Shown here: in pieces, positions 42,427-53,242 of the stretch | How positions within the stretch are numbered: position 1 is the stretch's first letter | Layout: every line of letters starts with the position of its first letter | NCBI GenBank assembly: GCA_047285305.1 | Contig: JBJBDL010000003.1 | Span: 960,001-1,024,000 of the forward strand | Direction: 5' to 3' | Length of the DNA stretch: 64,000 bases | From: Synechococcus sp. | Lineage (GTDB): Bacteria > Cyanobacteriota > Cyanobacteriia > PCC-6307 > Cyanobiaceae | Position numbers and translations under genes: made by a program | Notes under the pieces: generated by a model | Seen by the model: the letters and a program-made list of their open reading frames with translations, nothing else | The model's database searches: none | What the model was told of the DNA's origin: nothing

Positions 42427-43005
42427 TCAGAGCGCTTCGGCGTGGTTGACCACCAGATGCTCCACCTCCTTCAAGGCCTCCTCTGAGGCGGAGCGAGCTG
42501 CTGTGAAATCCCCCTTGGCGGTGTCCAGTAGCTGCTGAGCGAGCCGATCTAGCAGCTCCTCTTTGTGCTCCTCAAGCATCGCCACGATCTCGGTTTCCAC
42601 CAAGGTGCGCACCGCCTGAATGCGCAGGTCGTCGTTTTCGGCTTCCGCGAAGGTGCCCTGCACGAGTTCCTGGATGAACAGACGGTGCACTTCGCTGCTG
42701 CGCAGGAAGCTTTCCGTGGCGTTGATCATCCCGTCCACCAGTGTGCGATCGGGTTCGCTCTCGCCGTCGTTGAGCTTGAACTCCCAGTCGAGATGGCGTC
42801 TCTGCCAGCCGGCCGTGTGCAGGCTCGGCATCACGCTTTGCGAAAAGGTGTCAACGGAGATTTCATAAATCCGCTCCGCCAGCCGTTCACACCAGTCTTT
42901 GCCGTGCAACTGGAGGGTGGACTGCATGGTTTCCCGTTCGACGGCATGGCCACCGTGGTGGCTGTGGCAGAGCCCGTCGGGACACTCGATTGCGCTGAGA
43001 CCCAT
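42427..43005 (-). CDS. Conserved hypothetical protein with an N-terminal Cys/His motif
   Basis: MGLSAIECPDGLCHSHHGGH; acidic helical body; genome-like codon usage. Confidence 0.75.
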   Translation of the reverse strand: MGLSAIECPDGLCHSHHGGHAVERETMQSTLQLHGKDWCERLAERIYEISVDTFSQSVMPSLHTAGWQRRHLDWEFKLNDGESEPDRTLVDGMINATESFLRSSEVHRLFIQELVQGTFAEAENDDLRIQAVRTLVETEIVAMLEEHKEELLDRLAQQLLDTAKGDFTAARSASEEALKEVEHLVVNHAEAL

Positions 43006-43129
43006 GGGAAGCACAGAGGGTGCACTTCACGTAGCAAGACCGACAGAACTGAGGGCCTTTCTTCAGGAAGGTTCCTGATCGCGAGAGGGCGACCTCGTAA
43101 CCTCGCTTGGGTCGGTGGTTGTGTTCCCC

Positions 43130-44269
43130 TTGCCCAGACTTCTGATACCGGTGGAGTCGACACCGGGAGAAACCCGGGTCGCGGCAACGCCGGACACGGT
43201 CAAAAAATTCATCTCGTTGGGCTGCAGCGTCGCAGTCGAATTCGGAGCCGGTACCCCCTCTGGATACCTCGACGAGGCCTACGCCGAGCAGGGCGCAGAT
43301 CTCATTGAGACGGGAGATACGTCGGCCTGGAGTCAGGCAGACGTTCTTCTCTGTGTTCAATCTCCAAGCGCAGCCACCATGGCCCGCCTGCGCCAGGGAG
43401 CGCTGGTTGTGGGTCTGCTGTCTCCCTACGCCAACGAAGAGCTGACGGCCGCCCTGAAGCGCAGCGGCCTTTCAGCCATGGCGCTCGAGCTGCTGCCCCG
43501 GATCAGCCGGGCTCAGTCCGCCGATGCGCTGTCCTCCCAGGCCAACATCGCGGGCTACAAGTCGGTGCTGCTGGCCTCCGCCGCGCTGGACCGTTACTTC
43601 CCGATGCTGATGACGGCAGCGGGCACCGTTCAGCCGGCCAAGGTCGTGATTCTTGGAGCTGGTGTGGCCGGTCTTCAGGCCGTGGCCACAGCCCGCCGTC
43701 TGGGTGCTGTGGTGTACGTCAGTGACATCAGACCTGCGGTGAAGGAGCAGGTGGAATCCCTCGGCGCCCGCTTCATCGAGCCCCCCGAAATGGAGGACAA
43801 GCCTTCGGAATCCGGTGGCTATGCCAAACAGGCCTCTGACGCCTTCCTGGCGGCCCAGCGTCAGCAGCTGTCGGATCAGCTGGCGGAGGCCGACGTGGCC
43901 ATCTGCACCGCCCAGGTGCCCGGTCGCCGCGCTCCGCGTTTGATCAGCGAAGACATGCTTGATCGGATGCGCCCCGGCGCGGTGGTGGTGGATCTGGCCG
44001 TGGCCCAGGGCGGCAACTGTGCCGACACCGTTCCTGGTCAGACCGTGGATCGCAAGGGTGTGAAGCTGATCGGTGGTAACGACCTGCCCTGCAGCGTTCC
44101 CAATCACGCCAGTGCGCTCTACGCCCGCAACCTCGTGGCTCTGCTGGAGCCCATCTTGAAGGACGGCGTCCTCAGCCTTGATCCCGAGGATGAACTGATC
44201 GCCGGCTGTCTGATCGCCCAGGACGGCACCATCCGTCGTGGCGATGTTCTTACCCCAGGTTCCAACTGA
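43130..44269 (+). CDS. pntA: NAD(P) transhydrogenase alpha subunit, domain I (alpha1)
   Basis: GETRVAATP, PRISRAQS.DALSSQANIAGY, GAGVAGLQA, SGGYAK, VDLA...GGNC. Confidence 0.95.
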   Translation: MPRLLIPVESTPGETRVAATPDTVKKFISLGCSVAVEFGAGTPSGYLDEAYAEQGADLIETGDTSAWSQADVLLCVQSPSAATMARLRQGALVVGLLSPYANEELTAALKRSGLSAMALELLPRISRAQSADALSSQANIAGYKSVLLASAALDRYFPMLMTAAGTVQPAKVVILGAGVAGLQAVATARRLGAVVYVSDIRPAVKEQVESLGARFIEPPEMEDKPSESGGYAKQASDAFLAAQRQQLSDQLAEADVAICTAQVPGRRAPRLISEDMLDRMRPGAVVVDLAVAQGGNCADTVPGQTVDRKGVKLIGGNDLPCSVPNHASALYARNLVALLEPILKDGVLSLDPEDELIAGCLIAQDGTIRRGDVLTPGSN

Positions 44270-44565
44270 TGTTTGTTGAATTCCTCTGGGTTCTCCTGCT
44301 TGGCAGCCTGCTTGGGCTGGAGCTGATCGGCAAGGTTCCCCCCACCCTGCACACTCCCTTGATGAGTGGTGCCAATGCCATCTCGGGCATCACAGTGTTG
44401 GCAGCGCTCACCGCCATCATTAAAGCCGGCGACAACACCCTGCTGTTGTTGCTCGGTTCCGTCTCGCTGGGCTTTGCCCTGTTCAACGTGATCGGGGGCT
44501 TCCTCGTGACCGATCGCATGCTGGCCATGTTCAGCCGCAAGCCTGCTCGCAAGGAGAACCGCTGA
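44269..44565 (+). CDS. pntA: NAD(P) transhydrogenase alpha subunit, membrane part (alpha2)
   Basis: VPPTLHTPLMSGANAISG, NVIGGFLVTDRML.MF. Confidence 0.93.
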   Translation: MFVEFLWVLLLGSLLGLELIGKVPPTLHTPLMSGANAISGITVLAALTAIIKAGDNTLLLLLGSVSLGFALFNVIGGFLVTDRMLAMFSRKPARKENR

Positions 44566-45986
44566 TGTCTGACCTTCTCAAATACGCGATCGAGCTGGTT
44601 GCGGTTCTGCTGTTGGCTCTCGGCATCAAAGGTCTCTCCAAGGTGCGTTCCGCCCGGGGCGCCAATCAGCTGGCCGCTGTGGCCATGGGCCTTGCAGTGC
44701 TGGGTCTGCTGATCAACTACCTCGGCACCAGCGGCATCAGCATCGCCGCCTGGACCTGGATCATTGCCGGAACGTTGGTGGGTGGTGTGCTCGGCGTTAT
44801 CACCGCCCAGCGGGTGCCGATGACCTCGATGCCGGAGACGGTCGCCCTCTTCAACGGCTGCGGTGGCATGTCGTCACTGCTGGTGGCTCTGGCTGCTGCG
44901 CTTTACCCGGCGGCCCTCGATGCGGCAGGCCCCGTGGCCGTGGTGTCGATCGTTGTCTCTGTGTTCGTGGGTGCGATCACCTTCAGCGGCTCGATCGTGG
45001 CCATGGCCAAGCTGCAGGGTTGGCTGTCCACGCCGGCCTGGATGCAGAGCAAGGCGCGCCATGCCGTGAACATTGCGCTGGCGGTGGCATCTCTGGTGGG
45101 TGCCGTTGAGATGCTGCGCAACGCTGATTCGAACACGGGCCTCTGGCTGCTGGTGGTGGCCTCCGGCCTTCTGGGGGTCGGGGTGACGCTGCCGATCGGC
45201 GGCGCCGACATGCCCGTGGTGATCTCCCTGCTGAACAGCTATTCCGGTGTGGCTGCTGCAGCTGCCGGTTTCGTGGTGGGCAGCCAGTTGCTGATCGTGG
45301 CCGGCGCCATGGTTGGCGCTGCTGGCCTGATCCTCACCCAGGTGATGTGCAACGGCATGAACCGTTCCCTGGTGTCTGTGCTGTTCGGTGGCGCCCTGGG
45401 TGCCACGAGCGCTGCAGGCGGTGGCGGCGGTGAATACACCAACATCACCAGCTGCAGTGTTGAGGAATGCGCCCTCACCCTCGAGGCAGCTGAACGGGTG
45501 GTGATTGTTCCGGGCTATGGCTTGGCCGTGGCTCAGGCGCAACACACACTCAGGGAAGTGACTCGCGTGCTGGAGAGTGCTGGCATCGATGTGGCCTATG
45601 CCATTCACCCGGTGGCTGGCCGTATGCCGGGTCATATGAACGTGCTCCTGGCTGAGGCCGATGTGCCCTACGAGCAGCTGCAGGAGATGGATCAGATCAA
45701 TCCCGAGTTCCCCGCCACCGACGTGGTGCTGGTGCTGGGTGCCAATGATGTGGTCAATCCTCAGGCCAAGAACGACCCCAATTCGCCGCTGTACGGTATG
45801 CCTGTTCTGGATGTGCAGGACGCCCGCACGGTGTTCGTGGTGAAACGGGGCATGAGCGCTGGCTACTCCGGCATCAAGAACGATCTGTTCGAGTTGGCCA
45901 ACACCTCGATGTTGTTCGGCGACGCCAAAAAGGTGCTCGGCGATCTCCTGGTGGAACTCAAGGATCTGGGCCTGGGCAAGAAGTGA
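44565..45986 (+). CDS. pntB: NAD(P) transhydrogenase beta subunit
   Basis: PIGGADMPVVISLLNSYSG, VPGYGLAVAQAQH, HPVAGRMPGHMNVLLAEA, GANDVVNP. Confidence 0.96.
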   Translation: MSDLLKYAIELVAVLLLALGIKGLSKVRSARGANQLAAVAMGLAVLGLLINYLGTSGISIAAWTWIIAGTLVGGVLGVITAQRVPMTSMPETVALFNGCGGMSSLLVALAAALYPAALDAAGPVAVVSIVVSVFVGAITFSGSIVAMAKLQGWLSTPAWMQSKARHAVNIALAVASLVGAVEMLRNADSNTGLWLLVVASGLLGVGVTLPIGGADMPVVISLLNSYSGVAAAAAGFVVGSQLLIVAGAMVGAAGLILTQVMCNGMNRSLVSVLFGGALGATSAAGGGGGEYTNITSCSVEECALTLEAAERVVIVPGYGLAVAQAQHTLREVTRVLESAGIDVAYAIHPVAGRMPGHMNVLLAEADVPYEQLQEMDQINPEFPATDVVLVLGANDVVNPQAKNDPNSPLYGMPVLDVQDARTVFVVKRGMSAGYSGIKNDLFELANTSMLFGDAKKVLGDLLVELKDLGLGKK

Positions 45987-47017
45987 TGGGTCGCGGCGTG
46001 GATAACCCCCAGCTGCGGGAGCGGCTGGGGGTTCCATCGTTTGAGCAGCGCTGGCCCTGGATCGGTGGTGACCTGCAAACCCTGCGCGACACCCTGCGTG
46101 AGGTGGATCTTCCTCACGATCAAGGGGTACCCATTGAAATTCCCGTGCCAGCTCTGCCCAGTGGAGCAGCGGCTGCCGGGTCGTTGCTGGCCCTGCTCGA
46201 TCAGCCGGAGGGGGACCCCAAGGGCTTGGTTTTGCTGCTCCATGGCCTGGGGGGATCGAGTTCCCGGGAAGGCCTGAGGCGGATGGGTGTGGCGCTCCAG
46301 GCCGCTGGTTTTGCGGTGCTGCGCCTTAATCTGCGCGGTGCTGATCCAGGCCGCCACCTCGCTGGTGGCACCTATGCAGCACGCTGCAACAGCGATCTGC
46401 TGCCGGTGATTGCTCGGGCCCGAAGCTTGGCGGCGGGTCGCCCACTGCTGGGGGCAGGCATCTCCCTGGGCGGCACGATGCTGCTCAATGCCGCTCTCGC
46501 TTCCCCCGGCGTGCTTGATGGCCTCTTCTGTGCCAGCAGTCCCTTGGATCTGGCCGCCTGCAGCGCCTCGATCGAGCGACCGCGCAATCGGGTCTACCAA
46601 CGCTGGCTGCTCAAGCGGTTGGTCCGTCAGACCCTGGCGGATCCCTTTGTGGTGAGCGCCGAAGAGGAAGCCATGCTGCAAGCGACGCCCCCTCGTTCGA
46701 TTCGTGAGTTCGACAGTGCCGTGACGGCTCCCCGCTGGGGGTTTCCGGATGTCGAGGCCTACTACCGCGAGGCTTCACCCCTGCAGCATCTGTTGCCTGC
46801 CTGCAAAGCGATACCGCCCACCTTGCTGCTGCAGGCCCTGGATGATCCCTGGGTTCCTGCTTGCTCTGCGATCGATCTCGCAAAGGCGCTGCCGCCGGAG
46901 GCTGCGATTCGCACGTTGTTCACGCCACGGGGAGGGCACAACGGCTTCCATGGCCGTGACGGCTGCTGGGGCGATCAGCTGGCGGCGGCCTGGCTCAGGG
47001 ACGTTGTTGCTCGCTAA
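45983..47017 (+). CDS. YheT/ABHD-like alpha/beta hydrolase
   Basis: GGDLQT, LHGLGGSS, N.RG, GISLGG, IREFD...TAP..GF.....YY, DDPW, GGH.GF. Confidence 0.85.
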   Translation: MMGRGVDNPQLRERLGVPSFEQRWPWIGGDLQTLRDTLREVDLPHDQGVPIEIPVPALPSGAAAAGSLLALLDQPEGDPKGLVLLLHGLGGSSSREGLRRMGVALQAAGFAVLRLNLRGADPGRHLAGGTYAARCNSDLLPVIARARSLAAGRPLLGAGISLGGTMLLNAALASPGVLDGLFCASSPLDLAACSASIERPRNRVYQRWLLKRLVRQTLADPFVVSAEEEAMLQATPPRSIREFDSAVTAPRWGFPDVEAYYREASPLQHLLPACKAIPPTLLLQALDDPWVPACSAIDLAKALPPEAAIRTLFTPRGGHNGFHGRDGCWGDQLAAAWLRDVVAR

Positions 47018-47052
47018 GCCGCTATTCCTACTGGTTGCAGGCCTCTCGCTCT

Positions 47053-48198
47053 TCAGTAATAGAAGGCTCGATCGCTTGGGTTCTGATACACAGCGCCACC
47101 GCAGCGTGTGGCAATCCTCCACAGCGCTTTGTGGATCGGTGTTGAGTCGTAGCGCACCAGCTCAGGGAACCTCTGCCGCAGCAGTTGAGTTCCACGCCAG
47201 GCGTTGTAATGCGGAATCGATGAATTGACGTGATGGCACACGTGGGTTGAGCCGATTCCATGGTGCAGCAGGTTGAGGATGGGCCCGTAGGGACGATCAA
47301 CCGTTTGCAGGGCTCCCTTCGACCAAGTCCAGGTTTCGTTGGAGAAGTGAGGGATATCGGTGTTGGTGTGCTGTAACCAGGTGTAGGTCGTCAGCCACAT
47401 GTTGATCACCAGGTAGGGCAAGCCGTAAAGACACAGCACACGGAGCAGGGAAAACTGCACTGAGGCGACGATCAACATGGCAACCATGGCGAGCAATCCC
47501 AGGTTGGATCGCAGCATCCACTTGCCGAATGAATGCGGGAAAAGGCGGCGTTTGCCGTTGAAATTACGATTGCGATTCCAAAAATGAGAGGTGGGAGAGT
47601 CGTAGTCTTCTCCGCCGGTGGCTCCCAGGAAGAGATAAAGCTGCCAGCCAATCACGAGGTGATTAAACAGAGAAATGATCCCGAAGACGGTGGGATTCAA
47701 CCTTTGCTTGAGCTGTTCGGTGGTTCGGCCCATCGGTGAAGTTGCCCGAGGCGGAACATGGGTTTCTCCCTGTTCCAGGTGATTGCAGTGGGCGTGGTGC
47801 ACCGCATGGCTGTGGGCCCAGCTGTAAAAAGGAACAAGCAAAATGCTGTGCAGCACAAAGCCCACAACGCCTTCAACCCGCCGGTTGGGGTGGAAGGCGT
47901 GATGGCCGCATTCATGGGCGATCACCCAGCAGCCCATCGCGATGGTGCCGGTGATCATGCCGTAGAGGAGCCAGAGGGGGATGGCGGCTGCCGAGAGCGG
48001 AACAAGGGTTCCCAGGCTGAGGGCCAGAAGCGAAAGGCCTGCAGACATGGCCAGGCTCAACCATGACTTCGCTGGGCTCAGCTTGCAGAGCTCTGCTGGC
48101 AAGGCGCTGAGCAGCTCAGCCTTGCTCGGGTAGGAGATTGATTCAGCGCTGTCTTCAGGTGCTGGATTTGCTGGTCGGGTCGCTGTTGCAAATGCCAA
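47053..48198 (-). CDS. desA: Membrane fatty acid desaturase, Delta12/omega-6 type
   Basis: Three His boxes HECGH, HAVHH, HVCHH; TWLQHT, GAL.TVDRPYG, IPHY.A. Confidence 0.85.
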   Translation of the reverse strand: MAFATATRPANPAPEDSAESISYPSKAELLSALPAELCKLSPAKSWLSLAMSAGLSLLALSLGTLVPLSAAAIPLWLLYGMITGTIAMGCWVIAHECGHHAFHPNRRVEGVVGFVLHSILLVPFYSWAHSHAVHHAHCNHLEQGETHVPPRATSPMGRTTEQLKQRLNPTVFGIISLFNHLVIGWQLYLFLGATGGEDYDSPTSHFWNRNRNFNGKRRLFPHSFGKWMLRSNLGLLAMVAMLIVASVQFSLLRVLCLYGLPYLVINMWLTTYTWLQHTNTDIPHFSNETWTWSKGALQTVDRPYGPILNLLHHGIGSTHVCHHVNSSIPHYNAWRGTQLLRQRFPELVRYDSTPIHKALWRIATRCGGAVYQNPSDRAFYY

Positions 48199-48419
48199 AT
48201 GGAAGCCTCAAGACAAGCGCTCATCTGCTGGCGCTTAAGGTTTTGATCATAATTGCTTGGGCTGCGAGCTGTGGGGCATGGTGCTCCAGAGCGCAACGGC
48301 AATTAATCGGGTTTCGTTGTTTGGAATTCAGGCTGAATTTCAAGCTTCTTTTACTCACAATTCCCTCTCTTGGGCGTGAATTGAGCTTTTTGCTAATCCT
48401 CTCCTGAGTTTATTTGGGA

Positions 48420-48782
48420 TTAAATCTTGCCTAAAGGTGCACCAGTGTTTGCCTCGAATGGTGTTCTTTTGAGAATCCATTCTTCTACAGGCTGTTGGCC
48501 GATGATGTGTTGTTCAATGATTTTTTTGACGCGATCGGGCGAAACATCGGCGTACCAAATTCCGTCTGGCCAGACCAGAAGAATCGGTCCTCGTTCGCAC
48601 ACCCTGAGGCAATCGGCTTTGCTGCGCAGAACAATTCCCTCTGGGCGCTCCGTGTTCTCGAGATTCAGTTCGCGAACAACGCTCTTCAGTTCATTCCAGG
48701 TTTGTGCCCCAAGCGCTGAATCGCAGCATTTGGCTTTGGTGGCGGTTGCGCAGAGCAGGAGGTGATGGCTGACCAGTTGCAT
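48420..48782 (-). CDS. Thioredoxin-like (2Fe-2S) ferredoxin
   Basis: HLLLC......CC, RSKADCLRVC..GPI..V.PDG.WY, IIEQH. Confidence 0.85.
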   Translation of the reverse strand: MQLVSHHLLLCATATKAKCCDSALGAQTWNELKSVVRELNLENTERPEGIVLRSKADCLRVCERGPILLVWPDGIWYADVSPDRVKKIIEQHIIGQQPVEEWILKRTPFEANTGAPLGKI

Positions 48783-48784
48783 GC

Positions 48785-50032
48785 CTAAGCGGCGAGCGCT
48801 CCCATGGGCAAACGGGTCACACCGCGGTTCACCTGTTCCCGCACGGCGGTTCGCGCCCACTGATCCACCCGCAGCACGTCGTCCAACTGGGGCTGGACCA
48901 TCAGATCGGGTTTATGACGCTCGCAGGCAGCCTCGATTACTGCGGGGATGTCGAGGAAGTGAATCTTCTCCTCAAGGAACTGCGCCACGGCTTCCTCGTT
49001 GGCAGCATTCATCACCGCAGGCATGGTGCCGCCGGCGCGTCCAGCGGCGTAGGCCAGCTCCATGCAGGGGTACTTGGCGGGATCGGGGGCCCGGAAGCTG
49101 AGCTGACCCACTTCCGTGAGATCCAGTCGCCGCCATGGCGTCTCCAGGCGTGAGGGCCAGCTGAGGCAGTAGAGGATGGGCAGCTTCATGTCGGGCCAGC
49201 CCAGTTGGGCCAGCACGGAGGAATCAGCCAGTTCGATCATCGAATGGATGATGCTCTGGGGATGGATCACGATCTCTATGTGGTCGTAGTCCAGACCGAA
49301 CAGGTAATGGGCTTCGATCACCTCCAGCCCCTTGTTCATCAATGAGGCGGAATCCACGGTGATCTTGCGGCCCATGCTCCAGTTGGGGTGACTGGTGGCG
49401 TCGGCCACAGTGGCCTTTTCAAGGTCGGCGGCCGTCCAGTCGCGGAAGGCGCCGCCGGAGGCTGTGAGCTGAATCCGGCGCAGCCCCGGTGTGGGCACGC
49501 CGGTGGACAAGCGTGCGTTTTCAGCCCAGGGGGTTCCCTGCAGGCACTGGAAAATTGCCGAGTGTTCCGAATCCGCCGGCAGCAGACGGCTGCCGCTCTT
49601 CTTCAGCTCCGGCAACACCACGGGGCCGGCCGCAATCAGCGTTTCCTTGTTGGCCAGAGCCAGGTCTTTGCCAGCGCGGATCGCCGCCAGGGTCGGCAAC
49701 AGACCGGCGCAACCAACAATGCCCGTCACCACCAGGTCGGCGCTGTCCCAGCTGGCAGCAACGTTGAGACCATCAGCGCCTCCCACAAGCTGGGGTGCAT
49801 CTGCGTCTGTGACGCCAGCGTTCTTCAGACGCTCCTGCAGTTCCGGCAGGAGATCGGCATCGGCCAGGGCCACCACCTCAGGGCGATGCCTTTGAACTTG
49901 GTCAACCAAAAGCTTCAGGTTGCGGCCGGCCGTGAGGGCCACAACGCGGAACTGCTCCGGAAACTCCTCAGCGATCTGAAGGGTCTGGGTGCCGATCGAA
50001 CCGGTGGATCCCAGCACGCTGATTGCTTTCAT
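48785..50032 (-). CDS. dxr: 1-deoxy-D-xylulose 5-phosphate reductoisomerase
   Basis: [52 protein letters not shown]. Confidence 0.97.
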   Translation of the reverse strand: MKAISVLGSTGSIGTQTLQIAEEFPEQFRVVALTAGRNLKLLVDQVQRHRPEVVALADADLLPELQERLKNAGVTDADAPQLVGGADGLNVAASWDSADLVVTGIVGCAGLLPTLAAIRAGKDLALANKETLIAAGPVVLPELKKSGSRLLPADSEHSAIFQCLQGTPWAENARLSTGVPTPGLRRIQLTASGGAFRDWTAADLEKATVADATSHPNWSMGRKITVDSASLMNKGLEVIEAHYLFGLDYDHIEIVIHPQSIIHSMIELADSSVLAQLGWPDMKLPILYCLSWPSRLETPWRRLDLTEVGQLSFRAPDPAKYPCMELAYAAGRAGGTMPAVMNAANEEAVAQFLEEKIHFLDIPAVIEAACERHKPDLMVQPQLDDVLRVDQWARTAVREQVNRGVTRLPMGALAA

Positions 50033-50111
50033 GCTGTCCCGGCAGTTGCGACAAGTCTCCCACCAGGACCGCGGAACGCTGGCAAGCTGGCGGACAGCTT
50101 GTGGAGAGCGC

Positions 50112-51431
50112 ATGGCCAAGGAACAGTGGCGATCGGGACTGGGGTTTGTCCTGGCGGCTGCAGGCAGTGCTGTGGGTCTGGGCAATCTCTGGGGCTTTGC
50201 TTACCGCGCCTCCCAGGGAGGTGGCGGCGCCTTCCTGCTGCTCTACGTGGTGATTGTGCTGTTGGTCTGCCTGCCGGTGCTGGTGGCCGAAATGGTGCTT
50301 GGGCGCAGCACCGGCCAAAGCCCTCTGCTTGCGCCAGTGGCGGCAGCCGGTCGCCGTTGGCAGCCAATGGGTTGGCTGTTCGTGCTGGCGGCCAGTGGAA
50401 TCCTGGCCTTCTATGCCGTGTTGATGGGGTGGACCGGGGCCACGCTGGTGCAGACCCTCACCCAGGGGCTCCCCGCGGATATCGCTTCAGCGCAAGCCTT
50501 TTTCGCCGGCCTAAGTGGCGGCCGCTCTGCCTTGATCAGCCAGCTGCTCAGCCTGGTGGCGACTGCTGCCGTGGTGGCGGCCGGCGTGCGCGGAGGTATT
50601 GAGCGGTTGTCCCGCTGGGGGCTGCCGTTGTTGTTTGTGCTGCTGATTGGCCTTGCGGTTTGGGCCGCTGGTCTTGATGGCGCCTCGGAGGGCTATCGCA
50701 CCTTCCTGCTTCGTTGGGACAACAGCCAGCTGCAGGACCCCACCACGATTCGCAATGCCTTCACCCAGGCCTTCTTCTCAATTGGCACGGGCATCGGTTG
50801 CATCCTGGCCTATTCGGCCTATCTGAGCCGGCGCGCCCACCTGCCGCGGGAAGCCGTGGCGGTGGTGGGGATGGACACCGCTGTGGGCTTGCTGGCCGGC
50901 ATGGTCACTTTCCCCGTGGTGATGAGCTTTGGCCTCCAGGATGTGATCAGTGGCTCCACCCTGGGCACGATCTTTATCGCGCTGCCTACGGGCCTGGGCT
51001 CGCTGGGCACCACAGGTCAGCTGGTGGCGGTGCTCTTTTTTGCTCTGGCCCTGATTGCAGCGATCACCTCAGCGGTGTCGCTGTTGGAGGTGCCGGTGGC
51101 CTGTTTGATCGATCGCCTGGGGTGGAGCCGCTCCCGGGCCGTCTGGGTGTCCGCGGCGTTGATCTTTGTGGCCGGTCTTCCAGCGGCCACCTCCATGGAG
51201 GTTCTCGGCTGGATGGATTCCGTGTTTGGGGGCCTGCTGCTGATTCTGGGGGGCTTGCTCCTGGCCCTGTTGCTGGGTTGGGTGCTTCCAGCTCGTTTTC
51301 AGGAAGAGCTGGGCCATTCGGGGAGCCCGATCTTGTTGCAGCGCTTTCTGCTGGTGATGCTGCGCTGGATTTCACCGCCGGTGATCGCTGTTGGTCTGGT
51401 GATCAGCGTGATTGATCTGATCCCCAGCTGA
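50112..51431 (+). CDS. Sodium-dependent transporter (NSS/SNF family)
   Basis: [22 protein letters not shown]....GGGAF, QAFFS...G.G....YS.Y. Confidence 0.92.
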   Translation: MAKEQWRSGLGFVLAAAGSAVGLGNLWGFAYRASQGGGGAFLLLYVVIVLLVCLPVLVAEMVLGRSTGQSPLLAPVAAAGRRWQPMGWLFVLAASGILAFYAVLMGWTGATLVQTLTQGLPADIASAQAFFAGLSGGRSALISQLLSLVATAAVVAAGVRGGIERLSRWGLPLLFVLLIGLAVWAAGLDGASEGYRTFLLRWDNSQLQDPTTIRNAFTQAFFSIGTGIGCILAYSAYLSRRAHLPREAVAVVGMDTAVGLLAGMVTFPVVMSFGLQDVISGSTLGTIFIALPTGLGSLGTTGQLVAVLFFALALIAAITSAVSLLEVPVACLIDRLGWSRSRAVWVSAALIFVAGLPAATSMEVLGWMDSVFGGLLLILGGLLLALLLGWVLPARFQEELGHSGSPILLQRFLLVMLRWISPPVIAVGLVISVIDLIPS

Positions 51432-51451
51432 ATGATTCGCCTGGCTAGTGC

Positions 51452-51679
51452 CTACGGCTTATCCGAAGAATTGAGCATGGATTCCATCTTGCGGATCCTC
51501 TGCAGCATCTTGTCCCAGACCTCTGCTTTCCAGGCTTGCTCCGCATCGCCTGTGGAAGCGGCCAATTGCCTTTGAGCCGTGAGCTTCGCCTCAAGATCCT
51601 CGCCGGCATCGAGGGCCTTCATCAGCTCCATCTCGAGCTTGGCGGTTTCCATGAAGTTCAGCTTCTTTAGCCAGAGCAT
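51452..51679 (-). CDS. Small hypothetical protein (75 aa), predicted helical
   Basis: ORF downstream of cysS on the same strand; amphipathic helical composition. Confidence 0.65.
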   Translation of the reverse strand: MLWLKKLNFMETAKLEMELMKALDAGEDLEAKLTAQRQLAASTGDAEQAWKAEVWDKMLQRIRKMESMLNSSDKP

Positions 51680-51714
51680 GGGGAGCGACAGGATTGGGGT
51701 TCAGTCTGCCGGGA

Positions 51715-53196
51715 TCAGGCGCGGATCCACTCCGTCACCCCGCCGGGTTTGTCGATCAGCTCTACCCCTTGGGCGGCAAGCTCATCCCGGATCCGGTCGG
51801 CCTCCGAGTAATCCTTCGCTGCTTTCGCTGCCTTGCGCGCCGCGATGGCTGCATCAATGGCGCCGTCGTCGAGGCTGGTTGCGGCTTCCGCTTCCGAGCG
51901 CAGTCCCAGCACCGCCCCCAGGTGTCGCAGCAGCTGCCAACGCCCCTCCAGACCCTTCAACTCCGGCTGAGGCAGGGCGGCGTCTTCCCCCCGTTCCAGC
52001 CGGTTGGCTAGGGCCCGCAGGGGCTTGGCCAGATCAAATAGCACGGCCAGTCCGCCCGAGCTGTTCAGGTCATCGTCCATGGCGCTGATGAAGCGTTGTT
52101 CGAGCTCCACCAGAGCGGTGTCGGCTGGACCTTTATCGGCCGTCATGGCGCCCTTTGTGAGCGGTGCGGCCGCGCTCCAGCCGAGGCTCTCGCCGTGGCG
52201 ATCGCCAAGGCTCAGGGCTGCATTCAGACCCTTCCAGCCGGTGGCTGCGGCCTCAAGGGCCTCGGCGGTGAAATCAAGGGGTTTGCGGTAGTGGGCCTGA
52301 AGCACAAAAAGGCGCAGGGTCATCGCTGAGACACCGCTCTCCAGCAGCGCACGGATGGTGGTGAAGTTGCCGAGCGACTTGCTCATCTTCTGCCCGCCCA
52401 CATTGACCATGCCGTTGTGCATCCAGACCCGGGCCAGGTCCTGACCGGTGGCGGCTTCGGATTGGGCGATCTCGTTTTCGTGGTGCGGGAACACCAGGTC
52501 GGCACCACCAAGGTGGATGTCGATCGTGTCGCCAAGTTCTGCCCGCACCATGGCTGAACATTCGATGTGCCAGCCGGGGCGTCCCTCACCCCAGGGGGAG
52601 GGGAAGCTGGGTTCTCCGGGTTTGGCCCCTTTCCAGAGCGCAAAATCGAAGGGGTGCTGCTTGCGGGCCTCTTCAGCATCGGCCACACGCCCGGCGGCGT
52701 TGTCCTGTTGTTCGCTCAGATCGCGGCCACTGAGCTTGCCGTAACCGGCATGCTTCATCACCGCGAAATACACATCCCCTTCAGCGCTGTAGGCCGCACC
52801 CTTGGCCTCCAGTTCGCCGATCAGTGCGCGGATGCCATCCAGGCACTGGGTGGCGCGGGGCATCCGGTCGGGCCGCAGGATTCCCAGGGCGTCCATGTCC
52901 TGGTGGAATGAGGCAATGTTTCGCTCGCTCACCTCCGACATCGAGGAGTTCTCCTCGCCGGCCCGTTTGAGGATCTTGTCGTCGATGTCGGTGAAGTTCT
53001 GAACGAAGGTCACCTCGAGGCCGCGCCAGATCAGATACCGCCGCAGCACATCCCAGTTGATGTAGCTGCGGGCATGGCCCAGGTGGCAGAGGTCGTAGAC
53101 CGTCACGCCGCAGCAATAGATGCTCGCCTTACCTGGGGTTAGGGGCGTGAACGGCTCGGTGCGGCGGGTGAGGGTGTTGGTGAGCCGCAGGGACAC
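51715..53196 (-). CDS. cysS: Cysteine--tRNA ligase
   Basis: [46 protein letters not shown]. Confidence 0.97.
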   Translation of the reverse strand: MSLRLTNTLTRRTEPFTPLTPGKASIYCCGVTVYDLCHLGHARSYINWDVLRRYLIWRGLEVTFVQNFTDIDDKILKRAGEENSSMSEVSERNIASFHQDMDALGILRPDRMPRATQCLDGIRALIGELEAKGAAYSAEGDVYFAVMKHAGYGKLSGRDLSEQQDNAAGRVADAEEARKQHPFDFALWKGAKPGEPSFPSPWGEGRPGWHIECSAMVRAELGDTIDIHLGGADLVFPHHENEIAQSEAATGQDLARVWMHNGMVNVGGQKMSKSLGNFTTIRALLESGVSAMTLRLFVLQAHYRKPLDFTAEALEAAATGWKGLNAALSLGDRHGESLGWSAAAPLTKGAMTADKGPADTALVELEQRFISAMDDDLNSSGGLAVLFDLAKPLRALANRLERGEDAALPQPELKGLEGRWQLLRHLGAVLGLRSEAEAATSLDDGAIDAAIAARKAAKAAKDYSEADRIRDELAAQGVELIDKPGGVTEWIRA

Positions 53197-53242
53197 AGCC
53201 GTTCAGAAGCTGCGGCTGAGGCTACGGCCTGTTCGGCTGCGT

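Noticed and set aside
43130..44565. pntA split into two ORFs as a possible frameshift or pseudogene
   Set aside because: A three-subunit alpha1/alpha2/beta transhydrogenase is an established architecture; junctions are clean TGATG overlaps
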